The position numbers were made by a program, and so were the translations under genes. A stretch of 64,000 nucleotides of DNA, taken from assembly GCA_047600885.1 (NCBI GenBank), contig JASGKE010000002.1:47233-111232 (forward strand). The letters are read 5' to 3'. The notes under the pieces were generated by a model. That model saw nothing but the letters and a program-made list of their open reading frames with translations. It was not told where the DNA came from and searched no databases. This stretch comes from Pseudoxanthomonas sp. GTDB taxonomy: Bacteria; Pseudomonadota; Gammaproteobacteria; Xanthomonadales; Xanthomonadaceae. Below are positions 46,745-57,452 of this stretch, piece by piece (within the stretch, counting starts at the first letter, position 1; every line of letters begins with the position of its first letter).

Positions 46745-47470
46745 ATGACCGCACCACTCGCCTATCGCCGCATCCTGCTCAAACTGTCCGGCGAAGCGCT
46801 GATGGGGGCCGAGGACTACGGCATCGATCCGGCCGTGATCACCCGGATCGCCAAGGAAATCATCGAGGCGCGCGACGCCGGTGCCGAAATCGGTCTGGTG
46901 ATCGGCGGCGGCAACATCTTCCGCGGCGCCGGCTTGGCCGCCGGCGGCATGGACCGGGTCACCGGCGACCAGATGGGCATGCTGGCCACGGTGATCAACG
47001 CGCTGGCCATGCAGGACGCGCTGGAGAAGCTCGGCGCCAAGTGCCGCGTGATGAGCGCCATCAAGATCAACGACGTGTGCGAGGACTACATCCGCCGCCG
47101 CGCCATCCGCCACCTGGAAAAGGGCCGCATCGCGATCTTCGCCGCCGGCACCGGCAATCCGTTCTTCACCACGGACTCCGGCGCCGCGCTGCGCGCGATC
47201 GAGATCGGCGCGGATCTGCTGCTGAAGGCCACCAAGGTCGATGGCGTGTACGACAAGGACCCCAGCAAGCACAAGGACGCGACGCGCTTCGACCAGCTGA
47301 CCTACGACGACGTCATCGTCCGCGACCTGCAGGTGATGGATACGGCCGCGTTCGCGCTGTGCCGCGACAGCGACGTGCCGCTGCGCATCTACGACCTGTC
47401 GGTGCCGGGCAACCTGATGCGCATCCTGCGCGGCGAGCCGATCGGCACCCTGGTCAAGGGCCGCAACTAA
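46745..47470 (+). CDS. pyrH: UMP kinase
   Basis: [15 protein letters not shown]...[10 protein letters not shown]...[19 protein letters not shown]...[12 protein letters not shown]. Confidence 0.95.
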   Translation: MTAPLAYRRILLKLSGEALMGAEDYGIDPAVITRIAKEIIEARDAGAEIGLVIGGGNIFRGAGLAAGGMDRVTGDQMGMLATVINALAMQDALEKLGAKCRVMSAIKINDVCEDYIRRRAIRHLEKGRIAIFAAGTGNPFFTTDSGAALRAIEIGADLLLKATKVDGVYDKDPSKHKDATRFDQLTYDDVIVRDLQVMDTAAFALCRDSDVPLRIYDLSVPGNLMRILRGEPIGTLVKGRN

Positions 47471-47521
47471 GGCGCCAGCGCTGTAATAGTGTCCGTGCCG
47501 GTCCGCCGGCACCCTAGCCGC

Positions 47522-48445
47522 ATGGGACACGGACATGGACACGGCGCGCACGCGCACCCTCACGGCTCGGCCACGCGCGCCTTCGCGCTGGTCACGCTGA
47601 TCAACCTCGCCTATACCGCCCTCGAAGCGGGATACGGCTTCTACACCAATTCGCTGGCCCTGCTGTCCGACGCCGTGCACAACCTCGGCGACGTGCTGGG
47701 GCTGGCGTTGGCGTGGAGCGCGGCGGCCATCGCGCGACGACCGCCGCGGGGCCGCCACACCTACGGCTGGCGACGCGCCACGCTGCTGTCCCCGCTGGCG
47801 AACGCGCTGCTGCTGGTGGTGTTCTCCGGCGCGCTGGGCTGGGAGGCCGTGCGCCGCTTCAGCGCTCCCCCCGAGATTCCCGCCACGCCCGTGATCGTGG
47901 TCGCTGCGTTGGGCATCCTGGTCAATCTGGGCGCCGCGTGGCTGCTGCGCGACGGGCATGCGCACGACTTGAACAAGCGGGGGGCCTTCCTGCACCTGAT
48001 CGCCGATGCCGCGGTGTCGCTGGCCGCAGTGCTCGCCGGCGTGGGCATGGCGACGCTGGGCTGGGCCTGGCTAGACCCCGCCACCGCCCTGTTGATCGCG
48101 CTGGTCGTCGCCGTCGGGTCGTGGGGGCTGCTACGGGACAGCTTCGATGCGGCCATGGATGCCGTACCGGGCAGCGTGAACCCCGATGAAGTGGGCGCCT
48201 TCCTGCGCGAACAGCCCGGCGTATCGGCCGTCCACCACCTGCACATCTGGTCGCTGGGTGCCAACGAAATTGCCCTGACGGCGCACCTGGTCCGGGCCCG
48301 CGACGACGACCACGACGCCTTCATCGACGCCACGGTGCACGCGCTGGACCACCGGTTCGGCATCAACCACGCGACCCTGCAGATCGAACGCGGTGCCGGC
48401 TGCGGCCACGACCTGCACGATGCGGCGCCGCATCATTCCCACTGA
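47522..48445 (+). CDS. Cation diffusion facilitator (CzcD/ZitB-like) divalent-metal efflux protein with a His-rich N-terminus
   Basis: MGHGHGHGAHAHPHG..., followed by six TM helices with the CDF motifs SLALLSDAVHNLGDV and FLHLIADAAVSL and a C-terminal cytoplasmic domain (HHLHIWSL). An alternative start at 47489 is possible. Confidence 0.85.
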   Translation: MGHGHGHGAHAHPHGSATRAFALVTLINLAYTALEAGYGFYTNSLALLSDAVHNLGDVLGLALAWSAAAIARRPPRGRHTYGWRRATLLSPLANALLLVVFSGALGWEAVRRFSAPPEIPATPVIVVAALGILVNLGAAWLLRDGHAHDLNKRGAFLHLIADAAVSLAAVLAGVGMATLGWAWLDPATALLIALVVAVGSWGLLRDSFDAAMDAVPGSVNPDEVGAFLREQPGVSAVHHLHIWSLGANEIALTAHLVRARDDDHDAFIDATVHALDHRFGINHATLQIERGAGCGHDLHDAAPHHSH

Positions 48446-48460
48446 GCCGGCCCCCGGCGG

Positions 48461-48489
48461 TCGGCAACGGCGCCGAATCGCCCTATAAT
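48461..48489 (+). promoter_or_regulatory. Candidate promoter of frr (perfect -10 TATAAT)
   Basis: TATAAT at 48484-48489, with TCGGCA 17 bp upstream (48461-48466). It lies 34 bp before the frr ATG. Confidence 0.4.
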
Positions 48490-48522
48490 CGGTCGTTTAC
48501 AGGCTTTGCAACGGAAAGGGCG

Positions 48523-49080
48523 ATGCTCAACGACATCAAGAAAGACGCGCAGGCGCGCATGACCAAGAGCATCGAGGCGCTCCGCCACACGCTGGTCAAG
48601 GTCCGCACCGGTCGCGCCTCCACGGCCCTGGTGGAGCACCTGAAGGTCAATTACTACGGCTCCGACGTGCCGCTGAGCCAGGTCGCCACGGTATCGGTGT
48701 CCGATTCGCGCTCGCTGACGATCACCCCGTGGGAAAAGCAGATCGTCGGCGCCGTGGAGAAGGCCATCCTGGCCTCCGACCTGGGCCTGACCCCGAACAC
48801 CGCCGGCACCACGATTCGCCTCAACCTGCCCGCCCTGACCGAAGAGCGCCGCAAGGAGCTGTCGAAAGTGGTCCATGGCGAAGGCGAAGACACCAAGGTC
48901 GCGATCCGCAACATCCGCCGCGATGCCAACCAGCAGGTCAAGGACCTGTTGAAGGACAAGCAGATCACCGAAGACGAAGAGCGTCGGACCGAAGACGAGA
49001 TCCAGAAGCTCACCGACAAGTCCATCAAGGACGTCGATGACGTCGTCAAGGCCAAGGAACAGGAACTGATGGCGGTCTGA
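48523..49080 (+). CDS. frr: Ribosome recycling factor
   Basis: MLNDIKKDAQARMTKSIEALRHTLVKVRTGRAS...LTEERRKELSKVV...IRNIRRDAN. Confidence 0.95.
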   Translation: MLNDIKKDAQARMTKSIEALRHTLVKVRTGRASTALVEHLKVNYYGSDVPLSQVATVSVSDSRSLTITPWEKQIVGAVEKAILASDLGLTPNTAGTTIRLNLPALTEERRKELSKVVHGEGEDTKVAIRNIRRDANQQVKDLLKDKQITEDEERRTEDEIQKLTDKSIKDVDDVVKAKEQELMAV

Positions 49081-49088
49081 GGACTGCC

Positions 49089-49847
49089 ATGTCCCCTGTC
49101 GATTCTCCGTCCGCGCCCCGCCACCTGGCCGTCATCATGGACGGCAACGGGCGCTGGGCCGAACGCCGCCGGCGCCCGCGGGTTATCGGCCACCGCGCCG
49201 GCGCCCGCGCGGTCAACGTCTGCATCGACTTCTGCCTGGAGCGCGGCATCGGTGCGCTGACGCTGTTCGCGTTCTCCAGCGAGAACTGGGGCCGGCCGGA
49301 AGAGGAAGTCGGCGCGCTGATGAAGCTGTTCCTCAATGCGCTGGACCGCGAAGTGGAGGAACTCCATCGCCGCCAGGTCCGCGTGCGCTTCATCGGCGAC
49401 CGCGCACGCTTCTCCGCCGATATCCGTGCGCGCATGGACGCGGCCGAGACGCTGACCCGGGGCAACACGCGCCTGCACCTGGTGATCGCCGCCAGCTACG
49501 GTGGACGCCAGGACATCGCGCACGCCGCACGCGCACTAGCCGAGGATGTTGCGGCAGGACGCCTGCAGCCGGAAGACATCGACGAGAGGGCCCTGGGCCG
49601 TTACGTGGCCCTGGCAGACCTGCCGGCGCCGGACCTCTTCATCCGCACCGGCGGCGACCACAGGATCAGCAACTTCCTCCTGTGGCAGCTGGCGTACACC
49701 GAACTATGGTTCACCGACGTGCTGTGGCCCGACCTGGATGCCGCGCTGCTGCAGCGCGCCCTGGACGACTTCGCGCGGCGTGAGCGCCGCTTCGGCCTGA
49801 CCAGCGCCCAAGTGGCCGATGGCGCCACCGAGGACACCTCCGCATGA
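49089..49847 (+). CDS. uppS: Undecaprenyl diphosphate synthase (cis-prenyltransferase)
   Basis: HLAVIMDGNGRWA...LTLFAFSSENWGRP...IRTGGDHRISNFLLWQLAYTELWF. Confidence 0.95.
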   Translation: MSPVDSPSAPRHLAVIMDGNGRWAERRRRPRVIGHRAGARAVNVCIDFCLERGIGALTLFAFSSENWGRPEEEVGALMKLFLNALDREVEELHRRQVRVRFIGDRARFSADIRARMDAAETLTRGNTRLHLVIAASYGGRQDIAHAARALAEDVAAGRLQPEDIDERALGRYVALADLPAPDLFIRTGGDHRISNFLLWQLAYTELWFTDVLWPDLDAALLQRALDDFARRERRFGLTSAQVADGATEDTSA

Positions 49848-50695
49848 GCGCCACCCGCACCCGCGTCATCGCCGCCCTCGTCATGGCGCCGTTCGCCATC
49901 GGCGCCATCCTGCTGCTGCCGACCTCGTGGCTGGTCATGCTCGCTGCGCTGGTCTTCCTGGTCGGCCTGTGGGAGTGGTTCAAGCTCGCCGAGATCGACG
50001 ACACCCTGCAGCGGACCGTGCTCCTGACCGCCAACCTGCTGCTGATGGTGTTGCTGGTGTGGGCCTCACGCGGATCGACCGACCTGGTCCCGCTACGCTT
50101 GATGGCGCTGGTGGGCGCGATCTGGTGGGTGCTGGCGTTGCTGTGGCTGCGCTTCTTCCATTTCGCCTCCGACCATGAGACCTGGGCGCGCGTGTTCAAG
50201 CTCGCCGCGGGTACCCTGGCGGTGGTGCCGGCGTGGTGCGCGCTGGGCCTGATCCACTCGTCAGAACCCAACGGCCACATCTGGCTGTTCATCGCGCTGG
50301 CGATCGTATGGGCCGCGGACAGCGGCGCCTATTTCGCAGGCCGCCATTTCGGCGGCCGTTGGTTCGCCGGCCGTAAGCTCGCGCCGCGCATCAGCCCCAA
50401 CAAGACGCTGGAAGGCCTGCTAGGCGGCCTGGCGGCGGGCCTGCTGGTCGCCGGTGTCGGTGCCTTCATTGCAGGGGCCGGCATGGCCCACCTGCCGGGC
50501 GTGCTGCTGGTCGCCATCTTCACCGTGCTGTTCTCGGTCGTCGGCGACCTGTTCGAAAGCCTGCTCAAGCGACATGTGGGCGCGAAGGATTCCGGCGACG
50601 TGATCCCCGGCCACGGCGGCGTGTTGGATCGCATCGACGGCGTGCTGGCCGCCCTGCCCATCTTCGTGCTCGGCAAGGAAGTCTTCGGATTCTGA
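49844..50695 (+). CDS. cdsA: Phosphatidate cytidylyltransferase
   Basis: Polytopic membrane ORF with [13 protein letters not shown]...SPNKTLEG and the C-terminal [25 protein letters not shown] signature. Confidence 0.93.
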   Translation: MSATRTRVIAALVMAPFAIGAILLLPTSWLVMLAALVFLVGLWEWFKLAEIDDTLQRTVLLTANLLLMVLLVWASRGSTDLVPLRLMALVGAIWWVLALLWLRFFHFASDHETWARVFKLAAGTLAVVPAWCALGLIHSSEPNGHIWLFIALAIVWAADSGAYFAGRHFGGRWFAGRKLAPRISPNKTLEGLLGGLAAGLLVAGVGAFIAGAGMAHLPGVLLVAIFTVLFSVVGDLFESLLKRHVGAKDSGDVIPGHGGVLDRIDGVLAALPIFVLGKEVFGF

Positions 50696-50697
50696 GC

Positions 50698-51885
50698 ATG
50701 GTCGCGCACGCACCCCGCAATGTGGCGGTCCTGGGCGCGACGGGCTCGATCGGCGCCTCGGCGCTCGACGTCATCGCCCGCCATCCCGATCGCTACCGGG
50801 CCAGCGTGCTGGCGGCCGGCCACAATGTGGACGCGCTGGTCGCGCTCTGCCTCACCCATCGGCCCGACCATGCGGTCATCGCCGACACCGCGCTCTATGA
50901 GCGTTTGCGCGAGGGCCTCGCCGCGGCTGACCTGCCCACGCAGCCGCACGCGGGCGATACACCGCTCGATGCGCTCGTCGCCGATGCGGCCTGCGACACG
51001 GTCGTGGCGGCCATCGTCGGTGCGGCCGGCCTGTCTTCGACGCTGGCGGCCGCGCGCGCCGGCAAACGGCTGCTGCTCGCCAACAAGGAGTCGTTGGTCC
51101 TGGCCGGCGAGCTGATGACCGCCGCTGCGGACGCCGCGGGCGCGGAGATCATCCCGATCGACAGCGAGCACAATGCGATCTTCCAGTGCCTGCGTTCACG
51201 GCAGGCTCAGGGCGAGGTCAAGCGCATCGTGCTGACCGCGTCGGGCGGTCCGTTCCGCGGGCGCAGCCGGGACGACCTCGCGCAGGTCACGCGCGCGCAG
51301 GCGGTCGCCCACCCGAAATGGTCGATGGGACCCAAGATTTCGGTCGATTCGGCCACCTTGATGAACAAGGGCCTGGAGCTGATCGAAGCGCACCACCTGT
51401 TCGGTGTCGGACGTGAGCGCCTGGACGTGCTGGTGCACCCACAGAGCCTGGTGCACTCGCTGGTGGAATTCATCGACGGCTCCACGCTCGCGCAGCTCGG
51501 TTTGCCCGATATGCGCACCTCGCTCGCCGTCGGACTGGGCTGGCCCGAGCGCATCGCGTCGGGGGTGTCGGGCCTAGACCTGCTGCAGTACCCGCGCCTG
51601 GACTTCGAAGCGCCGGATACGGACGCATTCCCCTGCCTGCGGCTGGCCTGGGAGGCCATGGCCGCCGGCGGTACCGCGCCTGCCGTGCTGAATGCTGCGA
51701 ACGAAGTCGCGGTTTCAGCCTTTCTTCAGGGCCGGATCGGTTTCCTATCCATTCCCGCGCTGGTCGAGGACGCCCTCGCCGCGCTGCCCGCAACGCCGGC
51801 CGATTCGCTGGAGGCGTTGCTGGAAGCGGACGCGCAGGCCCGACGACTGACCGAACGCAACCTCGCAGGCCACCTCTCCCCATGA
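50698..51885 (+). CDS. dxr: 1-deoxy-D-xylulose 5-phosphate reductoisomerase
   Basis: [13 protein letters not shown]...LANKESLV...[13 protein letters not shown]...[23 protein letters not shown]. Confidence 0.95.
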   Translation: MVAHAPRNVAVLGATGSIGASALDVIARHPDRYRASVLAAGHNVDALVALCLTHRPDHAVIADTALYERLREGLAAADLPTQPHAGDTPLDALVADAACDTVVAAIVGAAGLSSTLAAARAGKRLLLANKESLVLAGELMTAAADAAGAEIIPIDSEHNAIFQCLRSRQAQGEVKRIVLTASGGPFRGRSRDDLAQVTRAQAVAHPKWSMGPKISVDSATLMNKGLELIEAHHLFGVGRERLDVLVHPQSLVHSLVEFIDGSTLAQLGLPDMRTSLAVGLGWPERIASGVSGLDLLQYPRLDFEAPDTDAFPCLRLAWEAMAAGGTAPAVLNAANEVAVSAFLQGRIGFLSIPALVEDALAALPATPADSLEALLEADAQARRLTERNLAGHLSP

Positions 51886-51898
51886 GCGCCGAGATCCG

Positions 51899-53260
51899 AT
51901 GAGCGACCTGCTGGGCTCCATCTGGTGGATGATCGTGGCGCTGGGCGTCCTAGTGACGTTCCACGAGTTCGGCCATTACTGGGTGGCGCGCCGCTGCGGC
52001 GTGAAGGTGCTGCGCTTCTCCGTAGGCTTCGGCAAGCCGCTGTGGTCGCGACGCGATCGCCACGGCACCGAGTTCGCGATCGCCGCGATTCCGCTCGGCG
52101 GCTACGTCAAGATGCTGGACGAGGCCGAGGGCGAGGTTCCCGCCGCGCAGCGCGACCATGCGTTCAACCGCAAATCGGTCTGGCAGCGCATCGCGGTCGT
52201 CGCCGCGGGGCCCTTGGCCAACATCGTGCTGTGCGTCGCCCTGCTCTGGGCCATGTTCGTGCTGGGCAAGCAGGACTATTCCGCCACGCTGGGTGGGGTC
52301 ACCGGCATCGCTGAAGCGGCGGGGCTGCAACGCGGCGACCGCATCGTCCGCATCGGCGACCGCGCGATCGACACGTGGACGGATGCGTCCATGGTGCTGA
52401 CCAAGGCCGCCATCGACGGCGACGATGTGCCTGTCGAGGTCGAGACGCCCGCAGGCACGACCGTCACGCGTCAGCTCGCCCTGTCGCGGCTTCCGGTGGA
52501 TTTCGACCAGGAGAACGTCATCGGGCTGACCGGCCTGACGTGGCGGCACTGGGTCGTGCCGGCCACGATCGGCAAGGTCAGCCCGGGCGCCCCGGCCGAT
52601 GGGGTGCTGCAGCCCGGCGACGTGGTCACCGCCGTCGACGGCCAGCCCGTGCACGGCTTCGGCGACATCGCCACCCAGGTCGACGCGCTCGGCAAGCGCG
52701 GCGGCCTGGCGATGGTGGAAGTCGACCGCGCGGGTGAACGCCTGGCCTTCGAGCTGCAACCACGCCGGATGAAGCGCCCTGACAACGGGCAGGACTACTG
52801 GGGCCTGGGTCTGGCGCCGCCAGCTGCTGCGCAGATGCCGGGCTACGACGCGATGCTGCACTACGGCCCGCTGGCGGCCGTCCCCGCGGCGTTCCGCGAG
52901 GCCGGCAAGCTGACCGCCGATTCGCTGGGCATGATCCGTCGCATGCTGACCGGCGACGCATCGCTGAAGAACGTATCCGGGCCGATCACCATCGCCCAGG
53001 TGGCCAATGTCTCGGCCAAACGCGGGCCCGATTGGTTCCTGTGGTTCCTGGCGGCCATGTCCCTGAGCCTGGCCATCATCAACCTGCTGCCGATCCCTGT
53101 CTTGGACGGCGGGCACCTCCTGTATTACCTTATCGAGTTGGTCAAGGGCAGTCCCTTGAGCGAGCGCCACATGGTGGCTGGACAATACGTAGGCCTGGCC
53201 GCGCTGGCGGGCCTGATGGGATTGGCGTTCTACAACGACATCCTGCGTCTGGTGACCTGA
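51899..53260 (+). CDS. rseP: Site-2 (RIP) zinc metalloprotease RseP
   Basis: HEFGHYWVARRCGVKV (HExxH), PDZ region, and the C-terminal NLLPIPVLDGGHLLYY motif. Confidence 0.93.
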   Translation: MSDLLGSIWWMIVALGVLVTFHEFGHYWVARRCGVKVLRFSVGFGKPLWSRRDRHGTEFAIAAIPLGGYVKMLDEAEGEVPAAQRDHAFNRKSVWQRIAVVAAGPLANIVLCVALLWAMFVLGKQDYSATLGGVTGIAEAAGLQRGDRIVRIGDRAIDTWTDASMVLTKAAIDGDDVPVEVETPAGTTVTRQLALSRLPVDFDQENVIGLTGLTWRHWVVPATIGKVSPGAPADGVLQPGDVVTAVDGQPVHGFGDIATQVDALGKRGGLAMVEVDRAGERLAFELQPRRMKRPDNGQDYWGLGLAPPAAAQMPGYDAMLHYGPLAAVPAAFREAGKLTADSLGMIRRMLTGDASLKNVSGPITIAQVANVSAKRGPDWFLWFLAAMSLSLAIINLLPIPVLDGGHLLYYLIELVKGSPLSERHMVAGQYVGLAALAGLMGLAFYNDILRLVT

Positions 53261-53376
53261 TGCCCCTGAACTTTCTCGGGCCGGCCCGCTCCAAGGGTCG
53301 CCCCCAGCCGGCAAGCCCTGGGAACGCAGCCCTGCGTCCCACTCCTGCACTGCAGGAACTACCCCAATCGGAAGTG

Positions 53377-55863
53377 ATGATGACGCGACTGCCCTCCCGC
53401 CGCCTGCTTGCCCTCGCCCTGGCCTCGGCCATCGCCATGCCGGCACTGGCCCAGACGACGGAAACCGCCCCCGCACCCGCGGCGGCCGCACCGCTGAGCA
53501 GCGACACGTTCACCGCCACCGACATCCGCATCGACGGCCTGCAGCGTATTTCGGCCGGCACCGTGCTGACCTACCTGCCGATCGAGCGCGGCGAGCAGGT
53601 CACGCCGTCCGGCGTGTCCGAGTCCATCCGTGCCCTCTACAAGACCGGCTTCTTCGAAGACGTGAAGCTCGATCGTCAGGGCGACATCCTGGTCGTGACG
53701 GTGACCGAGCGCCCGGCCATCAACAAGCTGACGCTCACCGGCAACAAGGACATCAAGACCGACGACCTGATGTCGGGCCTGAAGGACATCGGCCTGGCCG
53801 AAGGCGAGACCTTCGACCGCCTGAGCCTGGATCGCGTCACGCAGGAACTGGTGCGCCAGTACAACAACCGCGGCAAGTACAACGTCGAGATCACGCCCAC
53901 CGTCAGCCCGCTGGACCGCAACCGCGTCGACGTGACGATCGCGGTCAAGGAAGGCAAAGCAGCCAAGATCAAGCACGTCAATGTCGTCGGCGCCGAAAAG
54001 TTCGAGACCGAAGACCTGCTGGAGAACTGGGAATCCAAGGAGTCCAGCTGGCTCTCCTGGTACCGCCGCGACGACCAGTACTCCAAGGAAAAGCTGTCGG
54101 GCGACATGGAGCGCCTGAACTCGTACTACCTGGACCGCGGCTATGTGGATTTCAGCATCGACTCCACCCAGGTGTCGATCAGTCCCGACAAGCGCGACAT
54201 GTTCATCACCGCCGGCATCACCGAAGGCGAGCAGTACAAGATCTCCGAGGTGAAGGTCACCGGCGACACGGTGCTGCCGAAAGAAGAGATCGAGAAGCTG
54301 GTGATCGTGAAGCCGGAGCAGACGTTCTCGCGCATCCTGCTCGAGATGACCTCCGACTCGATCACCGCGACGCTGGGCAACATCGGCCACGCGTTCGCGC
54401 AGGTCAACCCGATTCCGACGATCGACCGCGAGAACCGTACCGTCGCGATCAACCTGCAAGTGGTCCCCGGCCCGCGCGTCAACGTGCGCCGCGTCGTCTT
54501 CAAGGGCAACACCCGCACGTCCGACGAAGTGATGCGCCGCGAGATGCGCCAGTTCGAAGGCAGCTGGTTCTCCCAGGTCGCGATCGACCGCTCGCGCGTC
54601 CGCCTGCGTCGCCTGGGTTACTTCGAGACGGTCGATGTCGAAACCACGCCGGTACCGGGCACCACCGACCAGGTGGATGTCGTGTACACGGTGAAGGAAA
54701 CCACCTCCGGCAGCTTCGTGTTCGGCCTGGGCTATTCGCAGCTCTCCGGCCTGACCACGTCCATCCAGCTGTCGCAGAACAACTTCCTCGGTGGCGGCAA
54801 CCGCGTCGCGGTCGAGGCGCAGCGCAGCGACTACCTGCAGCGCTATTCGTTCTCGTACACGAATCCGTTCTTCACTGACGAAGGCATGTCGCTGGGCTAC
54901 AACCTGTGGTGGCGCGAGTTCGACTACTCGGACTTCAACACCGCACAGTACTCCACCACCAGCGCGGCCGCGCAGGGCGTGCTCGGCCTGCCGATCACCG
55001 AGAACGATACCGTCTCGCTGCTCTTCGGCGTCGACAGCAACGAGATCCTGACCTTCGGCGGCTCCACGCCGCAGTCGATCATCGACTACATCGATGCGGT
55101 CGGCCAGCGCACCTTCCACGCCTGGCGTACCGAAGTGGGCTGGGCGCGCGACACCCGCAACGACTACTTCATGCCCACCGGCGGCACCTACCAGCGCGTG
55201 TCGGCCGAGATCGCGCTGCCAGGCTCCACCGTCGAGTACTACAAGCTCAACTACGAATTCTCGAAGTACTGGTCGCTCAGCCCGTCGTTCGTGCTCAACA
55301 CCCGCGCGGAAGTCGGTTACGGCGACAGCTACGGCTCCGACATTTACCGGTACATCTGCCGCACGAACGGCTCCAACCCGCAGATTCCGGGCCAGTCGAA
55401 CACCACCACCGCACCTTCGGCGGACGGCACCTGCGCCGACGGCGGCACGCTGCACAGGACGCTGGTCGCCAGCGGCCTGCCGTTCTTCGAGAACTTCTAC
55501 GCGGGCGGCACGCGTTCGGTGCGCGGTTTCCGCGACAACACGCTGGGCCCGCGCTCGGAGGTCATCAGTGGTTACCGCGGGCAGCCGCTGGGTGGGTCGC
55601 TGAAGACGACCGGTTCGGTCGAGCTGATCTTCCCGAAGCTGTTCGACTCCAACGCGGCGCGCGTGTCGGCGTTCTTCGATTTCGGCAACGTGTTCGATGG
55701 CGTGGACAATTTCGATGCGGGCGAGATCCGCGCTTCGACCGGTATCGCGCTGTTGTGGCGCGCGCCGGTCGGTCCGATCTCGATCAGCTACGCGTTCCCG
55801 CTGAAGACGGAAGACGGCGACGAACTGGAGCGCCTGCAGTTCACCTTCGGCGGCGCGTTCTGA
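53377..55863 (+). CDS. bamA: Outer membrane protein assembly factor BamA
   Basis: Internal ATG at 53377 (MMTRLPSRRLLALALASAIAMPALA). POTRA repeats follow (IRIDGLQRISAGTVLTYLP...), then an Omp85 barrel ending ...LERLQFTFGGAF. Confidence 0.93.
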   Translation: MMTRLPSRRLLALALASAIAMPALAQTTETAPAPAAAAPLSSDTFTATDIRIDGLQRISAGTVLTYLPIERGEQVTPSGVSESIRALYKTGFFEDVKLDRQGDILVVTVTERPAINKLTLTGNKDIKTDDLMSGLKDIGLAEGETFDRLSLDRVTQELVRQYNNRGKYNVEITPTVSPLDRNRVDVTIAVKEGKAAKIKHVNVVGAEKFETEDLLENWESKESSWLSWYRRDDQYSKEKLSGDMERLNSYYLDRGYVDFSIDSTQVSISPDKRDMFITAGITEGEQYKISEVKVTGDTVLPKEEIEKLVIVKPEQTFSRILLEMTSDSITATLGNIGHAFAQVNPIPTIDRENRTVAINLQVVPGPRVNVRRVVFKGNTRTSDEVMRREMRQFEGSWFSQVAIDRSRVRLRRLGYFETVDVETTPVPGTTDQVDVVYTVKETTSGSFVFGLGYSQLSGLTTSIQLSQNNFLGGGNRVAVEAQRSDYLQRYSFSYTNPFFTDEGMSLGYNLWWREFDYSDFNTAQYSTTSAAAQGVLGLPITENDTVSLLFGVDSNEILTFGGSTPQSIIDYIDAVGQRTFHAWRTEVGWARDTRNDYFMPTGGTYQRVSAEIALPGSTVEYYKLNYEFSKYWSLSPSFVLNTRAEVGYGDSYGSDIYRYICRTNGSNPQIPGQSNTTTAPSADGTCADGGTLHRTLVASGLPFFENFYAGGTRSVRGFRDNTLGPRSEVISGYRGQPLGGSLKTTGSVELIFPKLFDSNAARVSAFFDFGNVFDGVDNFDAGEIRASTGIALLWRAPVGPISISYAFPLKTEDGDELERLQFTFGGAF

Positions 55864-55976
55864 CCACGATACGCAATTCGGCACCGAGGAAGGGGGGCGG
55901 AAGCCCCCCTTCTGCTGTCCACCATACGCCCCCGTGAAAGCGGTTTGGCGGCGGCTGGCGCTAAACTACGCGCCTT

Positions 55977-56996
55977 ATGACGCCGCCTACCCACACCGCC
56001 CGCGCGCTGGCCGACCGCTTCGGCCTCGAGCTCCGGGGCGATCCCGACCTGGCCATCGAAGGCGTCGCCACGCTGGCACGGGCCGAGCCTGGCCAATTGG
56101 CCTTCCTGGCCAACACCCGCTATCGCGGCCAGCTCGCTGACAGCCAGGCCAGTCTGGTCGTGCTGCGCGCCGAGGACGCAGAGGCCGCACCCGGCGCCGT
56201 CCTGATCGCGAAGGATCCGTACACGGCCTTCGCAAAGATGGCCGCCCTGTTCGACAGCAAGCCGGTACGCACGCCGGGCATCCATCCGAGCGCGGTGATC
56301 GACCCCAGCGCCCGCATCGCCGCAGGCGCCCACATCGGGCCCTTCGTCACCGTCGGCGCGCACAGCGTGATTGGCGATGGCTGCATCGTCGGCCCGGGTT
56401 GCGTGATCGGCGATGACTGCACGATCGGCGACGGCAGCGAACTGATCGCGCGCGTCACCCTGGTCACCCGCGTTCGCCTGGGCAAGCGCGTGCTGATCCA
56501 TCCCGGCGCCGTGATCGGCGCGGATGGATTCGGCCTGGCGATGGACAGCGGGCACTGGATCAAGGTGCCGCAGCTGGGTGGCGTGGTGGTGGGCGATGAT
56601 TGCGAGATCGGTGCAAACACCACGATCGACCGTGGCGCGCTGGACGACACCGTGCTGGAAGAGGACGTCCGCCTCGATAACCAGATCCAGATCGGCCATA
56701 ACGTCCGCATCGGCGCGCACACGGCGATGGCCGGCTGCAGCGCCGCGGCCGGCAGCGCGCGCATCGGCCGCTACTGCCTGATCGGTGGCGCCGCCGGCGT
56801 GCTGGGTCATCTCGAAATCTGCGACCGCGTCGTCGTCACGGCGATGTCGCTGGTGACCAGCTCGATCACCGAACCCGGCGAATATTCCAGCGGCACACCG
56901 CTCACCGACAACCGTACCTGGCGCAAGAACGCCGCCCGCTTCAAGCAACTGGACGCCTTGGCACGACGCGTGCTGGCGGCCGACAAGGAAAGCTGA
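55977..56996 (+). CDS. lpxD: UDP-3-O-(3-hydroxyacyl)glucosamine N-acyltransferase
   Basis: 339-aa ORF with hexapeptide-repeat LbH core and a conserved position after bamA and before fabZ. Confidence 0.92.
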   Translation: MTPPTHTARALADRFGLELRGDPDLAIEGVATLARAEPGQLAFLANTRYRGQLADSQASLVVLRAEDAEAAPGAVLIAKDPYTAFAKMAALFDSKPVRTPGIHPSAVIDPSARIAAGAHIGPFVTVGAHSVIGDGCIVGPGCVIGDDCTIGDGSELIARVTLVTRVRLGKRVLIHPGAVIGADGFGLAMDSGHWIKVPQLGGVVVGDDCEIGANTTIDRGALDDTVLEEDVRLDNQIQIGHNVRIGAHTAMAGCSAAAGSARIGRYCLIGGAAGVLGHLEICDRVVVTAMSLVTSSITEPGEYSSGTPLTDNRTWRKNAARFKQLDALARRVLAADKES

Positions 56997-57451
56997 TGAC
57001 CCTAGACCTGCAATTGCCGATCGATTCCACCACCATCCGCAAGCTCCTGCCGCATCGCTACCCGTTCCTGCTGGTCGACCGCGTGGTGGAGTTCGAGAAG
57101 GACAAGCGCGTGCTGGCCTACAAGAACATCACCCAGAACGAACCCTTCTTCACCGGCCACTTCCCGGACCGCCCGATCATGCCGGGCGTGCTGATCATCG
57201 AGGCGCTGGCGCAGGCCGGCGGCCTGCTGACCCAGCTTTCGCACCAGGGCGATACGGCGGGGCGCATGTTCTACATGGTGAAGGTGGAGAACGCGCGCTT
57301 CACTAAGATGGTGGTGCCGGGCGATCGGTTGGACCTGGACGTCACTCTGAAGCGGCTGATCCGCAACATGGCCTTCTACACCGGCGTCGCGTCGGTCAAT
57401 GGCGAACAGGTCGCTTGCGCCGACGTGCTGTGCGCCGAGGACACCCGCTGA
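56996..57451 (+). CDS. fabZ: 3-hydroxyacyl-ACP dehydratase FabZ
   Basis: [14 protein letters not shown]...[26 protein letters not shown]. Confidence 0.95.
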   Translation: MTLDLQLPIDSTTIRKLLPHRYPFLLVDRVVEFEKDKRVLAYKNITQNEPFFTGHFPDRPIMPGVLIIEALAQAGGLLTQLSHQGDTAGRMFYMVKVENARFTKMVVPGDRLDLDVTLKRLIRNMAFYTGVASVNGEQVACADVLCAEDTR

Positions 57452-57452
57452 G

